From the NCBI GenBank assembly GCA_026770705.1, contig JANJGN010000021.1, positions 80,724,001 to 80,788,000 on the forward strand: a stretch of DNA of 64,000 nucleotides. The letters run 5' to 3'. How positions within the stretch are numbered: the first letter of the stretch is position 1; each line of letters starts with the position of its first letter. Both the position numbers and the translations under genes were made by a program. Positions 1 through 14,277 of this stretch are shown in pieces. The notes beneath the pieces are model-generated. The model was given only the letters and a program-made list of their open reading frames with translations. It made no database searches and was not told the origin of the DNA. The DNA is from Isurus oxyrinchus. Its lineage: Eukaryota.

Positions 1-3000
1 CACGGTGGTGCTGCGGGTGTGTTTAGCTGGTCTCCTAACGGTGGAGGCATGAGTGTGCCTCTGCGATCCTCAAAGTGGGTACCACGGGTTTGTATCACGG
101 CTCCTCACGGTGGGAGCTGTGGGTGTGTATCTGGGCTCCTCAAGGTGGGTGCCGCGCGTGTGTATCTGGGCTCTTCATGGTGGTTTCTGCGGGGGTTTAT
201 CCGAGCTCCACACGGTGGGTGCTGTGGGTGTGTATCTGGGCTCCTCAAGGTGGGTGCTGCGGGTGTGCATCTGGGCTCCACGTGGAGGTTGCTGCGGGTA
301 TGTATCTGTGCACCTCAGGGTGGGTGATGCGGGTGTGTATCGGTGCACCTCATGGTGGGTGCTGCGGGTGTGTAGCTCGGCTCCACATGGTGGATGCTGC
401 GGGTGTGTATCTGGGCTCCTCACTGTGGGAGCTGTGGGTGAGTATCTCTGCACCTCACGGTGGGTACTGCGCATGTGTATATGGACTCCTCACAGTGGTT
501 GCTGCAGGTGTGTATCTGAGCTCCTCACTGTGGGAGCTGTGGGTATGTATCTCTGCACCTCAGGGTGGGTGCTGCGGGTGTGTATCTGTGCTCCTCACGG
601 TGGGTGCTGCGGGTGTGTATCTGTGCTCCTCACGGTGGGTGCTGCGGGTGAGTAACTAGCCTCCTCATGTTTGGTGCTGTGGGTGTGTATCTGGGCTCCA
701 CATGGTGGGTGCTGTGGGTGTGTATCTGGGCTCCTCACGGTGGGTGCTTTGGATGTGTATCTGCTCCTCAGGGTGGGGGCTGTGGGTGTGTATCTGGGTT
801 CCTCACAGTGGGTGCTGCGGGTGTGTAACCTGGCTCCACATGGTGGGTGCTGCGTGTGTGTATCTGGGCACCTCACGGTGGGTGCTGCGGGTGTGGTTAG
901 CTGGGCTCTTAATAGTGGGTGCTGCGGGTGTGTATCCGAGCTCCACATGGTGGGTGCTGCGGGTTTGTATCTGGGCTCCACATGGTAGGTGCCGCGGGTT
1001 TGTATCTGATCTTCTCACGGTGGGTTCTGCGGCTGTGTATCTGGGCTCCTCAAGGTGGGTGCTGAGTGTGTGTTTCTGGGCTCCTCACGGTGGGTGCTGT
1101 GGGTGTGTATCTGAACACCTCAGTGTGGGTGTTGCGCGTGGGTATCTGGGCTCCTCACGGTGGGTGCTGCGGGTGTGTATCTGGGCTCCTCATGGTGGGT
1201 GCTGCGGGTGTGTATCTGGGCTCCTCACGGTGGGTGCTGCAGGTGTGTATCTTGGATCCTCACAGTGGGTGCTGCGGGTGTGTATCTGGTCTCCTCATGG
1301 TGGGTGCTGCGGGTATGAATATGGGCTCCTCACGGTGGGTGCTGCACGTGTGTATCTAGACTCCTCAGGCTGGGTGCTGCGGTTGTGTATCTGTGCACCT
1401 AACGGTCGGTGCTGCGGATCTGTATCTGGGCTACTCAAGGTGGGTGCTGTGGGTGTGTATCTGAACATCTCAGTGTGGGTGTTGCGCGTGTGTATCTGGG
1501 CTCCTCACGGTGGGTGCTGCGGGTGTGTATATGGGTTCCTCATGGTGGGTGCTGTGAGTGTGTATCTGGGCTCCTCACGGTGGGTGCTGTGGATTTGTAT
1601 TTGTGCACCTCACGGTGGGAGCTGTGGGTGTGTACCTGGGCTCCACACGGTGGGTACTGCGGCTGTGTATCTGTGCACCTCACGGTGGGTGCTGCGGGTG
1701 TGTAGCTCGGCTCCACATGGTGGATGCTGCGGGTGTGTATCTGCGCTCCTCACGGTGTGTGCAGTGGGTGTGTATCGGGGCTCCTCACGCTGGGTGCTGC
1801 GGGTGTGTATCGGGGCTCCTCACGCTGGGTGCTGTAGGTCAGTAATTTCCCTCCTCATGGTGGGTGCTGTGGGTGTATTTCTGGGCTCCTCACGGTGGAA
1901 CCGCGGTTGTGTATCTGGGCTCCTCACGGTGGGTGCTGCGGGTGTGTATCTGGGCTCCTCACGGTGGGTGCTGTGGGTGTGTATCTGGGCTCCTCACGGT
2001 GGGTGCTGCGGGTGTGTATCTGGGCTCCTCACGGTGGGTGCTGCAGGTGTGTATCTGGGCTCCTCACAGTGGGAGCTGTGGGTGTGTATCTCTGCACCTC
2101 AGGGTGGGTGCAGCGGGTGTGTATCTGGGCTCCTCACGGTGTGTGCAGCGGGTGTGTATCGGGGCTCCTCACGGTGGGTGCTGTGGGTGAGTAATTTCCC
2201 TCCTCATGGTGGGTGCTGCGGGTGTCTATCTGGGCTCCTCAGGGTGGATGTTGCGCCTATGTATCTCGGCTCCTCAGGGTGGGTGCTGCGGGTGTATTTC
2301 TGGGCTCCTCACGGTGGAACCGCGGTTGTGTATCTGGGCTCCTCACGGTGGGTGCTGCGGGTGTGTATCTGAGTTCCTCACGGTGGATGCTGCGGGTATG
2401 AATATGGGCTCCTCACGGTGGGTGCTGCACATGTGTATCTAGACTCCTCAGGCTGGGTGCTGCGGTTGTGTATCTGTGCACCTAACGGTCGGTGCTGCGG
2501 ATCTGTATCTGGGCTCCTCACGGTGGGTGCTGCGGGTGTGTATATGGGTTCCTCATGGTGGGTGCTGCGGGTGTGTATCTGGGCTCCTCACGGTGGGTGC
2601 TGTGAGTGTGTATCTGGGCTCCTCACGGTGGGAGCTGTGGGTGTGTATCTGAACACCTCAGTGTGGGTGTTGCGCGTGTGTATCTGGGCTCCTCATGGAG
2701 GGTGCTGCAGGTGTGTATCTGGGCTCCTCATGGTGGGTACTGCGGCTGTGTATCTGTGCACCTCACGGTGGGTGCTGCGGGTGTGTATCGGTGCACCTCA
2801 CGGTGGGTGCTGAGGGTGTGTAGCTCGGCTCCACATGGTGGATGCTGCGGGTGTGTATCTGGGCTCCGCACGGTGGGTGCTGTGGGTGTGTATCTGGGCT
2901 CCTATCGGTGTGTGCTGCGGGTGTGTATCTGGGCTCCTCACAGTGGGTGCTGCGGGTGTGTATCGGGGCACCTCACGCTGGGTGCTGTAGGTCAGTAATT

Positions 3001-6000
3001 TCCCTCCTCATGGTGGGTGCTGCGGGTGTATTTCTGGGCTCCTCACGGTGGAACCGCGGTTGTGTATCTGGGCTCCTCACGGTGGGTGCTGTGGGTGTGT
3101 ATCTGGGCTCCTCACGATGGGTGCTGTGGGTGTGTATCTGGGCTCCTCACGGTGGGTGCTGCAGGTGTGTATCTGGGCTCCTCATGGTGGGTGCTGCTGG
3201 TGTGTATCTGGGCTCCACATGCTGGGTGCTGTGGGTGTGTATCTGGGCTCCACACGGTGGGTACTGCGGCTGTGTACCTGTGCACCTCACGGTGGGTGAT
3301 GCGGGTGTGTAGCTCGGCTCCACATGGTGGGTGCTGCGGGTGTGTATCTGGGCTACTCACAGTTGGTGCTCCGGGTGTGTATCTGGGCTCCTCACGGTGG
3401 GTGATGCGGGTGTGTATCTGGGCTCCACACTGTGGGTGCCATGGGTGTGTATCTGCGCTCCTCACAGTGGAACTGTGGTTGTGTATCTGGGCACCTTACG
3501 GTGGATAGTGTGGGTGTGAATATGGGATCCACACGGTAGGGGCTGTGGGTGTGTATCTGGTGTCTGCGCGTTGTGTGCTGCAGGTGTGTATCTGGGCTCC
3601 TCAGGGTAGGTGCTGCGGGTGTGTATCTGGGCTCCTCACGGTGGGTGCTGCGGGTGTGTATCTTGTCTCCTCATGGTGTGTGCTGCGGGTGTGTATCTGG
3701 GCTCCTCAGGGTGGGTGCTGCGGGTGTGTATCTGGGCTCCTCATGGTGGGTGCTGCGGGTGTGTATCTAGGCTCCACACGGTGGGTGATGCGGGTGTGTA
3801 TCTAGGCTCCACACGGTGGGTGATGCGGCTGTGTATCTGGGCTCCACACGGTGGGTGCTGCGGGTGTGTATCTGGGCTGCTCACGGTGGGTGATGCGGGT
3901 GTGTATCTGGGCTCCACATGGTGGGTGATGCGGGTGTGTATCTGGGCTCCTCACGGTGGGTGATGCGGGTGTGTATCTGGGCTCCACACGGTGGGTGCTG
4001 CGGGTGTGTATCTGGGCTCCACACTGTGGGTGCCACGGGTGTGTATCTGGGCTCCTCACAGTGGAACTGTGGTTGTGTATCTGGGCTCCACACTGTGGGT
4101 GTTGCGGGTGTGTATCTGGGCTCCTCACGGTGGGTGATGCGGGTGTGTATCTGGGTTCCACACAGTGGATAGTGTGTGTGTGAATATGGGATCCTCACGG
4201 TGGGTGCTGCGGTGTGTATCTGGTGTCTGCGCCTTGTGTGCTGCAGGTGTGCATCTGGGATCCTCACGATGGGTGCTTCGGTGGTGTATCTGTGCACCTC
4301 ACAGTGGGTGCTGCGGGTGTGTATTTGGACTCCTCACGGCGGTGCTGCGGGTGTGTATCTGGGCTCCTCACGGTGGGTGCTGCGTGTGTGTATCTGGGTT
4401 CCTCATGGTTGATGCTGCGGGTCTGTATCTTGGCACCTCACCGTGAGTGCTTCGTGTGTTAATCTGGGCTACTCACTGTGGGTGCTGTGGTATAGATCTG
4501 GGCTCCTCAGGTTGGAGGCTATGGGTGTGTATCTGGGATCCCCATGGTGGGTGTGTATCTGGGCTCCGCATGGTGGATGCTGCGAGTGTGTATTTGGACT
4601 CCTCACAGTGGGTGCTGTGGTTGTGTTACTGGCTCCTCATGGTGGGTGCTGTGGGTGTGTACCTGGGCTTCTCACCGTGAGTGTTGCGGGTGTGTATCTG
4701 GTCTGCTCATCATGGGTGCTGCGGGTGCGTATCTGGCCAACTCACAGTGTGTGCCGCCTGTATGTATCTGGGCTGCTCACAGTGAGTGCTGCCTGTGAGT
4801 GTCTGGGCTCCTCACGGTGGTTGCTGCAGCCGCGTATCTGGGCACCTCATGGTGGAGCAGCAGGTGTGTAGCTGGGCTCCTCACGGTGGGTGATGCGTGT
4901 GTGTACCTGTGCACCTCACGGTGGGTGCCACGTGTGTGTATCTGTGATCATTACGCTGGGTACTGTGGGTGCTTATCTGGGAACCTCACATTATAGTGGG
5001 TGTGTATCTGAGCACTTCACAGTGGGTACTGCGGGTGTGTATCTGGGCTGCTCACCGTGGGTGCTGTGGGTGTGTATCTGGTCTCGGCACAGTGGGTGCT
5101 GCGGGTGTGTATCTGGGCTGCTCACCGTGGGTGCTGCGGGTGTGTATCTGGTCTCATCACAGTGGGTGCTGCGGGGGTATATCTGGGCTCCACACAGAGG
5201 GTGCTGCGGGTGTGTATCTGGCCTCCTCACAGTGGGTGCTGCGGGTGTGTATCTGGCCTCCTCACAGTGGGTGCTGCGGGTTTGTATCTGGGCTCCTCAC
5301 GGTGGGTGCTGCGGGTGTGTATCTGGTCTCATCACAGTGGGTGCTGCGGGGGTATATCTGGGCTCCACACAGAGGGTGCTGCGGGTGTGTATCTGGCCTC
5401 CTCACAGTGGGTGCTGCGGGTGTGTATCTGGCCTCCTCACAGTGGGTGCTGCGGGTTTGTATCTGGGCTCCTCACGGTGGGTGCTGCGGGTGTATCTGAG
5501 CTCCTCACGGAGGGTGCTATGGGTGTGTATCTGGACTCCTCACAGTGAGTGCTGACTGTGTGTATCTGGGCTCCACACGGAGGGTGCTGTGGGTGTGTAT
5601 CTGGGTTCCTCACGGAGGGTGCTATGGGTGTGTATCTGTGCACCTAACGGTGAGCACCACGGGTGTGAATCTGGGATCCTCAATGTGTGTACTGTGGGTG
5701 AGCATCAGGGATCCTCAAGATGAGTGCTGCGGTTATGTAGCTTGTCTCCTCACGGTGTGTGCCGTGGGTTTGTATCTGGGCCCTCATGGTGAGTGCTGTG
5801 GGTTATATATCGGCTGCTCACAGTCGGTGCAGCGCGTGTGAAGTTGAGCTCCTAATGGTGGATGCTGCTGGTGTGTAGCTGGGCTCCTCACCATGGGTGC
5901 TGCGGGTGTGTATGTGGGTTCCTGACGATAGGCGCTGCCGGAGTGTATCTGGGCTCCTCACAGTGAGTGACGCGATTGTGTATCTGGGCTGCTCAGATTG

Positions 6001-6320
6001 GGTGCTATGTGTGTGTATTTGGGCTCCTCAGGGTGGGTGCTGTGGGTGTGTATATTGGCTCTTCACGGTGGGTGCTGCGGGTTTGTATCTGGGCTCCTCA
6101 CGGTGGGTGCTGCGGGTGTGTAGCTGGGCTCCTCACGGTCGTGCTGTGGGTGTGTATCTGAGCTCCTCACGGTGGGTGCTGCGGGTGTGAATCTGGGCTC
6201 CTCACAATGGGTGCTGCGGGTGTGTAGCTGGGCTTGTCACAATGGGTGTTAAGGGTGTGGAGTTGTGCTCCTTACACTGAGTGCCATGTGTATCTAGCTG
6301 GGATATTCACGTTTTGTGCT
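1..6320. repeat. 35-bp G/T-rich tandem minisatellite/satellite, consensus GGGTGCTGCGGGTGTGTATCTGGGCTCCTCACGGT, about 180 copies, runs off the window start
   Basis: The period is directly visible: tcctcacggt at 1921, 1956 and 1991. Units diverge toward the right edge. Confidence 0.97.
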
Positions 6321-6329
6321 GCACTTCTT

Positions 6330-6605
6330 CGGGACAGCAGCACGACCAATCCTTGACCACTACCCCCTTCAAATACCTCATGGGAACCCCACCACCTGAA
6401 ATTTCCCATCCATCATTTCTGCACTGTCCCTGGATCAAAATCCTGGAACTCCCTTCCTAACAGCACTGTGGTTGAACCTACACCACATGGACTGCAGCGG
6501 TTCAAGAATGCAGCTCACCACCACCTTCTCAAGGGCAATTAGAGATGGGCAATAAATGCTGGCCCAGCCAGAAACACTCAGATGTCATAAATGAATTTTA
6601 AAAAG
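6330..6605 (+). mobile_element. 3' fragment of a CR1-group LINE (same family as 33770-36062)
   Basis: ggactgcagcggttcaagaa..cagctcaccaccaccttctcaagggcaatt..gatgggcaataaatgctggcccagcca matches 35945-36025 and ends in an A-rich tail. Confidence 0.8.
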
Positions 6606-9259
6606 TGGGTGGGAATTCATGCAGTCTCAAGAATGGGGAGGAGAGTGTTTGTGTAGCATACGAGGTAAGGGTTACATGCACACTCATGACTAAGGGTGGG
6701 GGTAAGTCTTGCGCAAGAGGAAAGTGTTACACAGAGACTCATGGAGGGGAGGGGGGTAGAAATGGTGTTGTGGTTAATCCTGAAGGTCCGGGGCTGCTGA
6801 GTGACAAACAGTCATAGTCTTGGGACTGAGGCCAAAAGGTCGAGGTGGGAGATCAAAGGCAGTCCGCAAGCTCTGTGGGCCATGCTACAGGGCTATGCAT
6901 GGCACACACATCATGTCCTGGTCCAGGGAGAGGCCAGGTGTATCTGCTCAATGAGGGTCAGGCACAGCTTGGGGAGCAGGGCGTGGTCATAATCTCACAC
7001 TCAGTGGTCCTGGGGGTGGCTGGCTCAGTACTGAGCTACAGATGGGATGGTCATGGTCATGGGAGGCATCTGCAGTGACAGAAGGGACTCGCATCTGTAC
7101 TTCACCATGCATGCAGCCTCAAAATGGGAGGGGTGAGGCCCATATGGAGGCATTGACAGTGATGGGTTCAGGGAGGAGGACAGGAGTATCCACAACAATT
7201 ACATTGGACTCCAGGGTTACTGGGGGAGGCTGGAGAATTACCGGAGTGAGGTCTACCTGCACATCATGGGGTCTAGATGATCAGAGGGACATGGGGAGAG
7301 TCGAAACTGGTCTAGAAGGAGTAATGCAGCACTACCACCTTGAGACCCTGAAGCAATGATGCAGTTTCAAATCAAAACTGGAAAAAAGTCTCCACGGGAT
7401 GGGTCTGTGGCAGTGTGGGAGGAGTCCACAGCTGGACTTAGGGGCCCTCTCATGGGGCAACTTCATACACATTAGAATCTCCACATGGAGATGAAGGTTC
7501 AGCTGATAGAACACATGAACACTTATTATTGAGGAGTTAGAGTTGGAACCACTAAGTAATAGTGCGCTTTAACACGAGACTGTAATAGTCAATGGGTTCA
7601 CATTGGAGGTGGTCTCATTGAGCATTTAAACTGAGAGGAACGTGGGAAGAGATGGCCAGCCATTAAGGGAACACAGCTGCTGGACATTTGCAAGTATGCC
7701 AGGAGTGTAGCAAGGTGCTTCAAGGAGGACAATCCTCAGTCATTGGTTATCACTTGACCTCCTGAGAACTGATCTAAATCCAACAGTAGCATCTCTCCAA
7801 ATGCCATCCTTCATGCATGAATAACACTCAGGCCTCTTCCTGATGCTGAGCCCCCAGGATGATATCGCTCTTCAGGGTGCTGTGATCTGTCATTCTACAG
7901 CATGGAAGCCAGTCTGTGAGTCACCTTACCTTTGTAAGGACATGGAGTGCTTCAGTGGACCATCGTATGATCATTGACAAACACTCATGACCCTGCCCAC
8001 ACCAGGAGCTTCCCAAGTTCACGTCCAGCATTAGCTTGGCAACTGGGAGAGCTGTGGCACAGTCTCAACACAGCGTTTATGTATATAGTGCCCTTGTAAA
8101 TACTAAAGACCATGCAGGACATGTATATGAGCTTCATTCTCATCCCATTAAAGTCTCCACATTACAGTTACCGTCCTCCATATTTTCATTCTGCCAGACA
8201 GCAATATGTACGAGGAAGTCTAAAACACTGATGACACTGTCACGTTCAGAGAACCATGGCGATTGCCCTTCTGAGACCTGGCACAGGGATTATGTCAAGC
8301 CGCGCTAGCCAGGCCATCAGGTACAAATTAGCGTCCCCACATGTAATAGGCCGGCATCGTGAAACTAGGCACACACCTATAACATTGCAGACTCATTGCT
8401 GTCTCGCAGTCGATTCAAGAGTCACCAAGTGCAAACTAGGCCCACTGTTCCTAATCTTGCAGATGGAGAGTGGGAACTATTGTCAGGGTAATGTTGGGCT
8501 GTAAACACGGTTATGAGTTAATGCTGCAGGCCAGCGGGAAAGGCTAAGGCCTCCGACGATTATTTTAACTGTAACTCTCACCTCAGTCATTACATGGAAG
8601 CCACTGAAAAGTACACTTGGTTGGAATGACTCCAACGCAGGTCACAATAAATAACTATAACATACACTGAGAACAGACTTCAGTGCAGCTACATCAGGAT
8701 AATGCATAACCTTCCAAGAACTACATACTGTCCAACCTCTTTATTCATAGAGGAACTGGCTCTGTTCATGTCACTCCTGGGGCACCTGTTACAGTTGGAT
8801 GCCCGCAATACATTGCATCATATGGAAGAGTGATACACTACCTGAGAACTTGAGGCAGAAACGTAAAATATATTTACACACATATATTGCAAAGTATATA
8901 GTGATTGAACACCCGGGCCACCATTGCACTCTCAGTACTTATTAACTTTTCTAACCCTACCACTATGTCTAGGTGCATCCCTGACATCCACAGCAGGGCG
9001 GAGACAGCCTGCTGACAGCTTGGCCCTGTTGTCTGAGATGACTTTGGCGTGTGTCCTCTGGGGGGGCCGAGGTCTGGAGGGCCGCAGCCTGCTAAGGGTC
9101 TTCTGCTGAGGGGCAGGTGCACCCCCTCAGCCTAACCTGCTGGAGTTGATGGGATCACAGGCAGAGGGGATTTGGAGCAGCCGGACACCCTTGGAGTGTC
9201 CAGTGTGGATGCCCCTCACGCTTGCTCAATTTTTTTGTTTGAATGCAAGGATTGAAATC

Positions 9260-9360
9260 AGTTCTGATGAAAGCTCATCGCCCTGAAATGTTTACTCTGT
9301 TTCTCTCCACAGAAGCTGCCAGACATGCTGAGTATTTCCAGCATTTTCTGTTTTTGTTTC
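9260..9360 (+). mobile_element. Short Penelope-derived (pLTR-like) copy with a degenerate hammerhead motif
   Basis: CTGATGA (9264-9270)...GAAA (9285-9288), followed by ctgtttctctccacagaagctgccagacatgctgagtatttccagc, homologous to the Penelope 3' end at 56040-56140. Confidence 0.65.
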
Positions 9361-9599
9361 ACATGTGTAGCATCTGCAGTGTTTGACCTTTGATTCACCT
9401 GGGGAGGAGATCTGCCCACACAAGCATCATGAGGTGTCTTCTTAGTGAATGACCCCACTACATCTCAACCCATCGTGGATTCAATTAAATAGCCTGGGAA
9501 TTTGGGTGCAGGGATGGCCAATGCACAATTACCCAGCACTCGGAAGGAAGTGATGAAAGCAGCGCACGGACTTTTTGTTGCCTGCTTATGTCCATGATT

Positions 9600-10582
9600 G
9601 TAGTGTATGTATATAATAGTGTATGTATGTCAGCACTGTATGTAATGGTGAGTGGCTGCACACCTCACCAGGGTGCCCAAGTTCATGTGAGGCAAGTGTA
9701 AAAGAACCAATTTTTATTTTTATTGGGCTTTGACTTTAAAATTGGATTATGGCTTTAAAAACTACCATGGCTACAGTTTGGAAGACATGTTCACTGGAAC
9801 AGGATGAGGAATATCTACAATGTTGCTATCCTACAACAGAGTGTGCCATAAAAGAACAGGATGATGCCGGAAAGAAGTCCTGGACTAAGACCTAACAACA
9901 GTATTTTAATTGGCTCCTGACCATGTGGCCAGGGTTTTATGTGGTAACAGAGTGCAGGCAGAACTGCTCCTAGCCTGCAAAGAGGGAAGGCCTAAAATCT
10001 CTCTATCCTGTGTTTGTAAGATTCTAGTAATTATTCTGTAGTAGCTAGCTGTAACCTGCTTTTTCTGAAAACCCCTGTCAAGAGGAAAAGGGGAAAATCA
10101 CCAGTAGAGACATTGAAAAGCAGGTTTTTCAACAAGTGAACCACAAACTGAAAGTGCTGGGAGACCACCTTGTGTCATCAACAACAAACTGCAAGGAGCC
10201 TAGAAGACATCAATCAAAATCAACCCACAAAATCTTGTATTCCAGATTGGTACTGTAGACTATTTTATCTCACCCTAAAATCCCTTTTTTATGTGTGTGT
10301 GTAGGTTTGAGTATTGGGGTTTAAGAAGGGGTAGAGTTTAAGTTATAGAGTTAGAAATTTGCAGTTCATATTTCTTTCTTTTGCCACTGGTTAAAGACTA
10401 TTTGTTTAATAAACAGTTATTTAGTCGTTAGTTCACAAACCTGGTGCTCGTAATCTGTTAACCTAAATTAAACAGTTAGGTAGAATTGGGGAAATTTGGT
10501 GGTCTGATCAAACATTTGTCCTGGCTCGGGGAGCAGTGGAGCTTGATATTGCAGTGCACTAGCCCCAGTGAGTTGTGATACA
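9600..10582 (+). mobile_element. Probable solo LTR
   Basis: About 1 kb non-coding block with AATAAA near 10408, ending in tgtgataca. No TSD verified, so the boundaries are approximate. Confidence 0.35.
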
Positions 10583-10639
10583 AGCAACATTTAAAGATAG
10601 CCTGCAGTACTTAAAGCCAAATTGCACTTTCTAAAGATG

Positions 10640-13600
10640 CAGTAGTAAGGGCTAAAACTGTTTGGACAACATTTGAAGAGCTTCAGGAAGGACCCAAAAT
10701 CGTACATCATGTAGAGAGCATGCGGCCAGGTTTTTGGATGCCACACTGGAGTTGCTGGTGCAGGATAAGGACCCAGAGAATAGTGCTTATCTTCCTCAGG
10801 AGGCCCTCCAGACAAGTGCTTAGAAGGCAGTGGTAGCAGCTGAAGACCTAGATGCAGTGCAGCAAGAAGTTTAATGACATTACATGAGTGGTCAAGGTCA
10901 GTGAATGTATTCTTACATGCCATATCCTTCAATTGCACCACCAGCCTCACACTCACTGCTCCATTCACCACATCCCCTTCAGTCAATAATCTATATCAAC
11001 CTAAACCCAAACCTCACATTCATAATCTGCACTTCACCCTGACACACTTAACATTACTGCAGGCCTCTAACTCACATCTCACAACTTGCCCACAATTAAC
11101 TATTCAACTATGGCAGGCACATTGTAACAACTCTGACACAATCACTTTCTTTTATATGAAAAGTCAACCCACAATGGAAGGTAGTAACAGCAAACGAGTC
11201 TGGGGCGGTGAGGGGGGGGAGATTGGGTGGGGGATGGGGAGGGGGTGGTGGTGATGGTGGGAACAGGCGCCACCACTGACCTCCATGGAGGAGAAAGTGC
11301 TGGGTATAATTGACACAGTGGCCAGCACCATCATTGAAACCATTGAGATGATGGTATGTTCCTGCATGATGCACAATTCAAAATCCACTTGACCCTCATC
11401 CTACAATCTGTAATGATGTGCCAGCTGTAGGTGGTGTAACAATGCACTTCTTTCGTTCTTCCCCAAATCCCCTTCCCTCGCCCACAAACCATACCTTGTC
11501 CATTTCTGTTTTGACACCCAAGAACTGCCACCTGACCAAGGAGCTGTAGGCCCAGGGGAGGAGAATGCCATGAGGTCAAAACACCATCACTTTGAGGTGT
11601 CAGTTATGGCCACCTCATGTGTCAGATACTGGCACTGCACATACATTAAAGGGGAGTATAGAGCTAGGATCCACTCGCAGTGAGTCATTGGCACAAGTGG
11701 ATTGCATCCGAGGGGAAAGGGAAAGCATGCGTGCCAGCTCACTGGAGAGCCAGGTCACAGACAAGTTCTGCTGCACAGAACTTGGATGAGGACTCTGATG
11801 GGCCAGTGTACAGGAAAAGGCTGATAGGTGAGCATGCTGAGATGCTTGGTGCATTAGCAGGGCTTTTTATTGTGGACATCGCTGGCAAGGCCAGCATTTA
11901 CTGCCCTTGAGGACTAAGAGGCTTGCTAGACCATTTCAAAGGGCATTTAAAGGTCAACCACATTGCTGTGGGTTCGGAGTCACATGTAAGCCAGACTGAG
12001 TAAGGATACCAGATTTCCTTCCCTAAAATACATGAGTAACCAGATAGGTTTTGAATCAATGATACTTCATGGTCACTATTATTATTGGAACTTCAATTCC
12101 ACATTTATTAATTGAATTTAAATCCCACCAACTACCATTGTGGGATTTGAACTCATCTCTGGATTATAAGTTCAAAGACATTACCACTACACCACCATCT
12201 CCCCATATCCTCTGAAGCCTGCCACAGAGCTTCCAGTCACTGCCAACAAACATGGAGCAATTGGCTCCAACTTGGTATAAAACTTTGTGCAGAACTTGAA
12301 GCTCATCCTTTCCAGCAAGGAAGTGGTGGCCAATCCCATGAGAACATTTGAAGATCCAATCGCGATGTAGCATCAGATGGCTGGTACCTGACCTTCCATT
12401 GTAGCACATAAAGCAACCATCCAATGTTTGAATGTTGCCATGGAAGCTCAGACTGAAGTCATGACATCTCTGTTTGTTGCCATGCAACCTCAACTTGGTG
12501 CCGTGCAGGCTCAGACTGCTGCCATCATGGCCATGGATACCAGTGCTCAAGCAGTCATGCAGGGTCTGATAGCAGTCCAGTAAACTCCCCTACAACGGAT
12601 GACTGGGGTTGCCTGAGGCACCAACCCAGAGCAGTGGTAATGACTCCATGGAGCATAAACCTGCTGCCCCCTCTCAGGGTGACAGCATTCATGCTCCCAC
12701 CATTGCCAATGCCCATGCTGTTGCCTCTCAGACAGCCAGCCCAAACTGCTGTCACCCATACTGAGGTGGCACAATCCAAACTCAGGCCCTCAAGGCTCAC
12801 AGCTGCTTAAAGTCATCCTGCAAGCCACCTGCAATCTCTTCCACTGAAATTCAGCATCTTTCCACTGGCATCCACTGGGGTAGGATTGTTTAAGAGCACT
12901 CGGACAGGAAAAGATACACTCAAGACAGGTACGAATGATAATGAGTTGAGTATTGCAAGGAATATTGGATGTGCTATTGGATAAAGTTGATATGGAATGG
13001 TTCTTTGTTGGTACAATACCTTTAATTTCAGGATTGTGGTCGAGAGGAAACCATAATCGTCCATAGCAGAGGAATGGTAAAAGTGTGAATTAACAATAAT
13101 CTGCAGAATCTTTCAAGGGAAGCGAGTCTGAGTATGTGCTCACAGACAGCCTGTCTGGACCTCCGAGTGTGAGCTGCTTCCTCCTCCTAAGGTGGTCGCT
13201 GAAGACCTGGTGGTGAGGACCAATTCCTCATGAAGGCCATGGAGGATGCAGGGGACCATCACTTATTGGTCTGATACTGGAGGGCTCTAACTGAACAGTA
13301 CAGGCAACAATATCATTGTTTCAGAATGTCAATGGTCTGCTCTATGACATTCCTTGTTACATTATGGCTGTCATTGTTGGAGGACTGTCCACATGTGGTT
13401 GGGCTGTGGAAGGGAATCATCAGTCATGTGTCCAGTGGCTGTGCCTTGTTGCCAAGCAGCCGCCCAGTGCTTTTACAAAGGTGGCTCAAATACGACAGCA
13501 GCTGCTGACTGGTGCAGATGAGGGAAAAATGACTGTTTCCAGGATAGAAGGTATTCACCACATGATGTTCTGGGTATGGTCACACACCATCTCCATGTTC

Positions 13601-14200
13601 AGTAAGTGGTACTCCTTGTAATTTCAGTACAATTCCCCATTGAGAAGTACCACCCGCAAAGCCACTGTACTCAATCGATGGCCCATGAGGAAGCCCACTA
13701 TCCTGGCAAAGCTACGCACCCACTTCTCCTGCTTCCCTCTGCTGAGAGAGAAGGCAATGAAGTCTCCTCTACTGGTGTACAGGTCCTCTGTGACCTCCTG
13801 GATGTAGCATGAATGGCAAAACACAAGGTGTTGGTGCTATCACCTGTAGTATTCTGGAAAGATCTGCTTGCCCAAAAATTCAGTCATAGTCACCTTAGCG
13901 ACCACTTGTCAGCCCCATCCTCAACCTGCTCTGAGTCCACAAGTCTAGCAGAGAGCAGAACAGTTCAGTAAGTTCCCTGTGAAGTGCCGCTACCAAACAC
14001 ATTGCTCCTGGCTGAGGTGTAAGCAGGAGAATAGCTTCCTGAAGCCCTTCGGTGGGTAGAGCCTCCTGCAGGGTTAGAGGCCTTCTCCTCCTCTCTCTGA
14101 GAGCAGATGTCTCCTCTGCTGCCTGTGCCTCATCTCCCTCTGATCCTGCAGCCTAACCAGAGTTGAAACCATGGCCCCGATGACTGGGAGCAAGTGGTGA
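10640..14200. mobile_element. Decayed PIF/Harbinger transposon (Myb/SANT gene on +, transposase remnant on -)
   Basis: At 10720-10900 a Myb-like remnant reads RFLDATLELLV...KKFNDIT followed by a donor-like aag|gtcagt. The minus-strand region 13130-14190 resembles the HARBI1-like region at 38200-39150. Confidence 0.5.
11865..12200 (-). mobile_element. Deu-domain/SacSINE1-like SINE
   Basis: Homologous to 31890-32235 (cacattgctgtggg..ggagtcac..agccagac..gtaagga..agatttccttccctaa). Its tail is shared with the CR1-group LINE 3' end. The family name is from recall. Confidence 0.55.
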
Positions 14201-14277
14201 CCTCAGAGGCCTTGTAGATGCACAGAACTCACTCCAAACATCCAATACCACTCCCTTCTGTTTTTAAACAACATTAT

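Noticed and set aside
19-6190. Dozens of long Cys/Gly/Trp/Val-rich ORFs (up to 556 aa)
   Set aside because: They are translations of a 35-bp repeat that lacks stop codons. All three frames give the same rotating peptide and there is no gene structure.
1-6320. Immunoglobulin switch-like or telomeric repeat
   Set aside because: It is not AGCT-dense, has no TTAGGG arrays, and no Ig exons are nearby.
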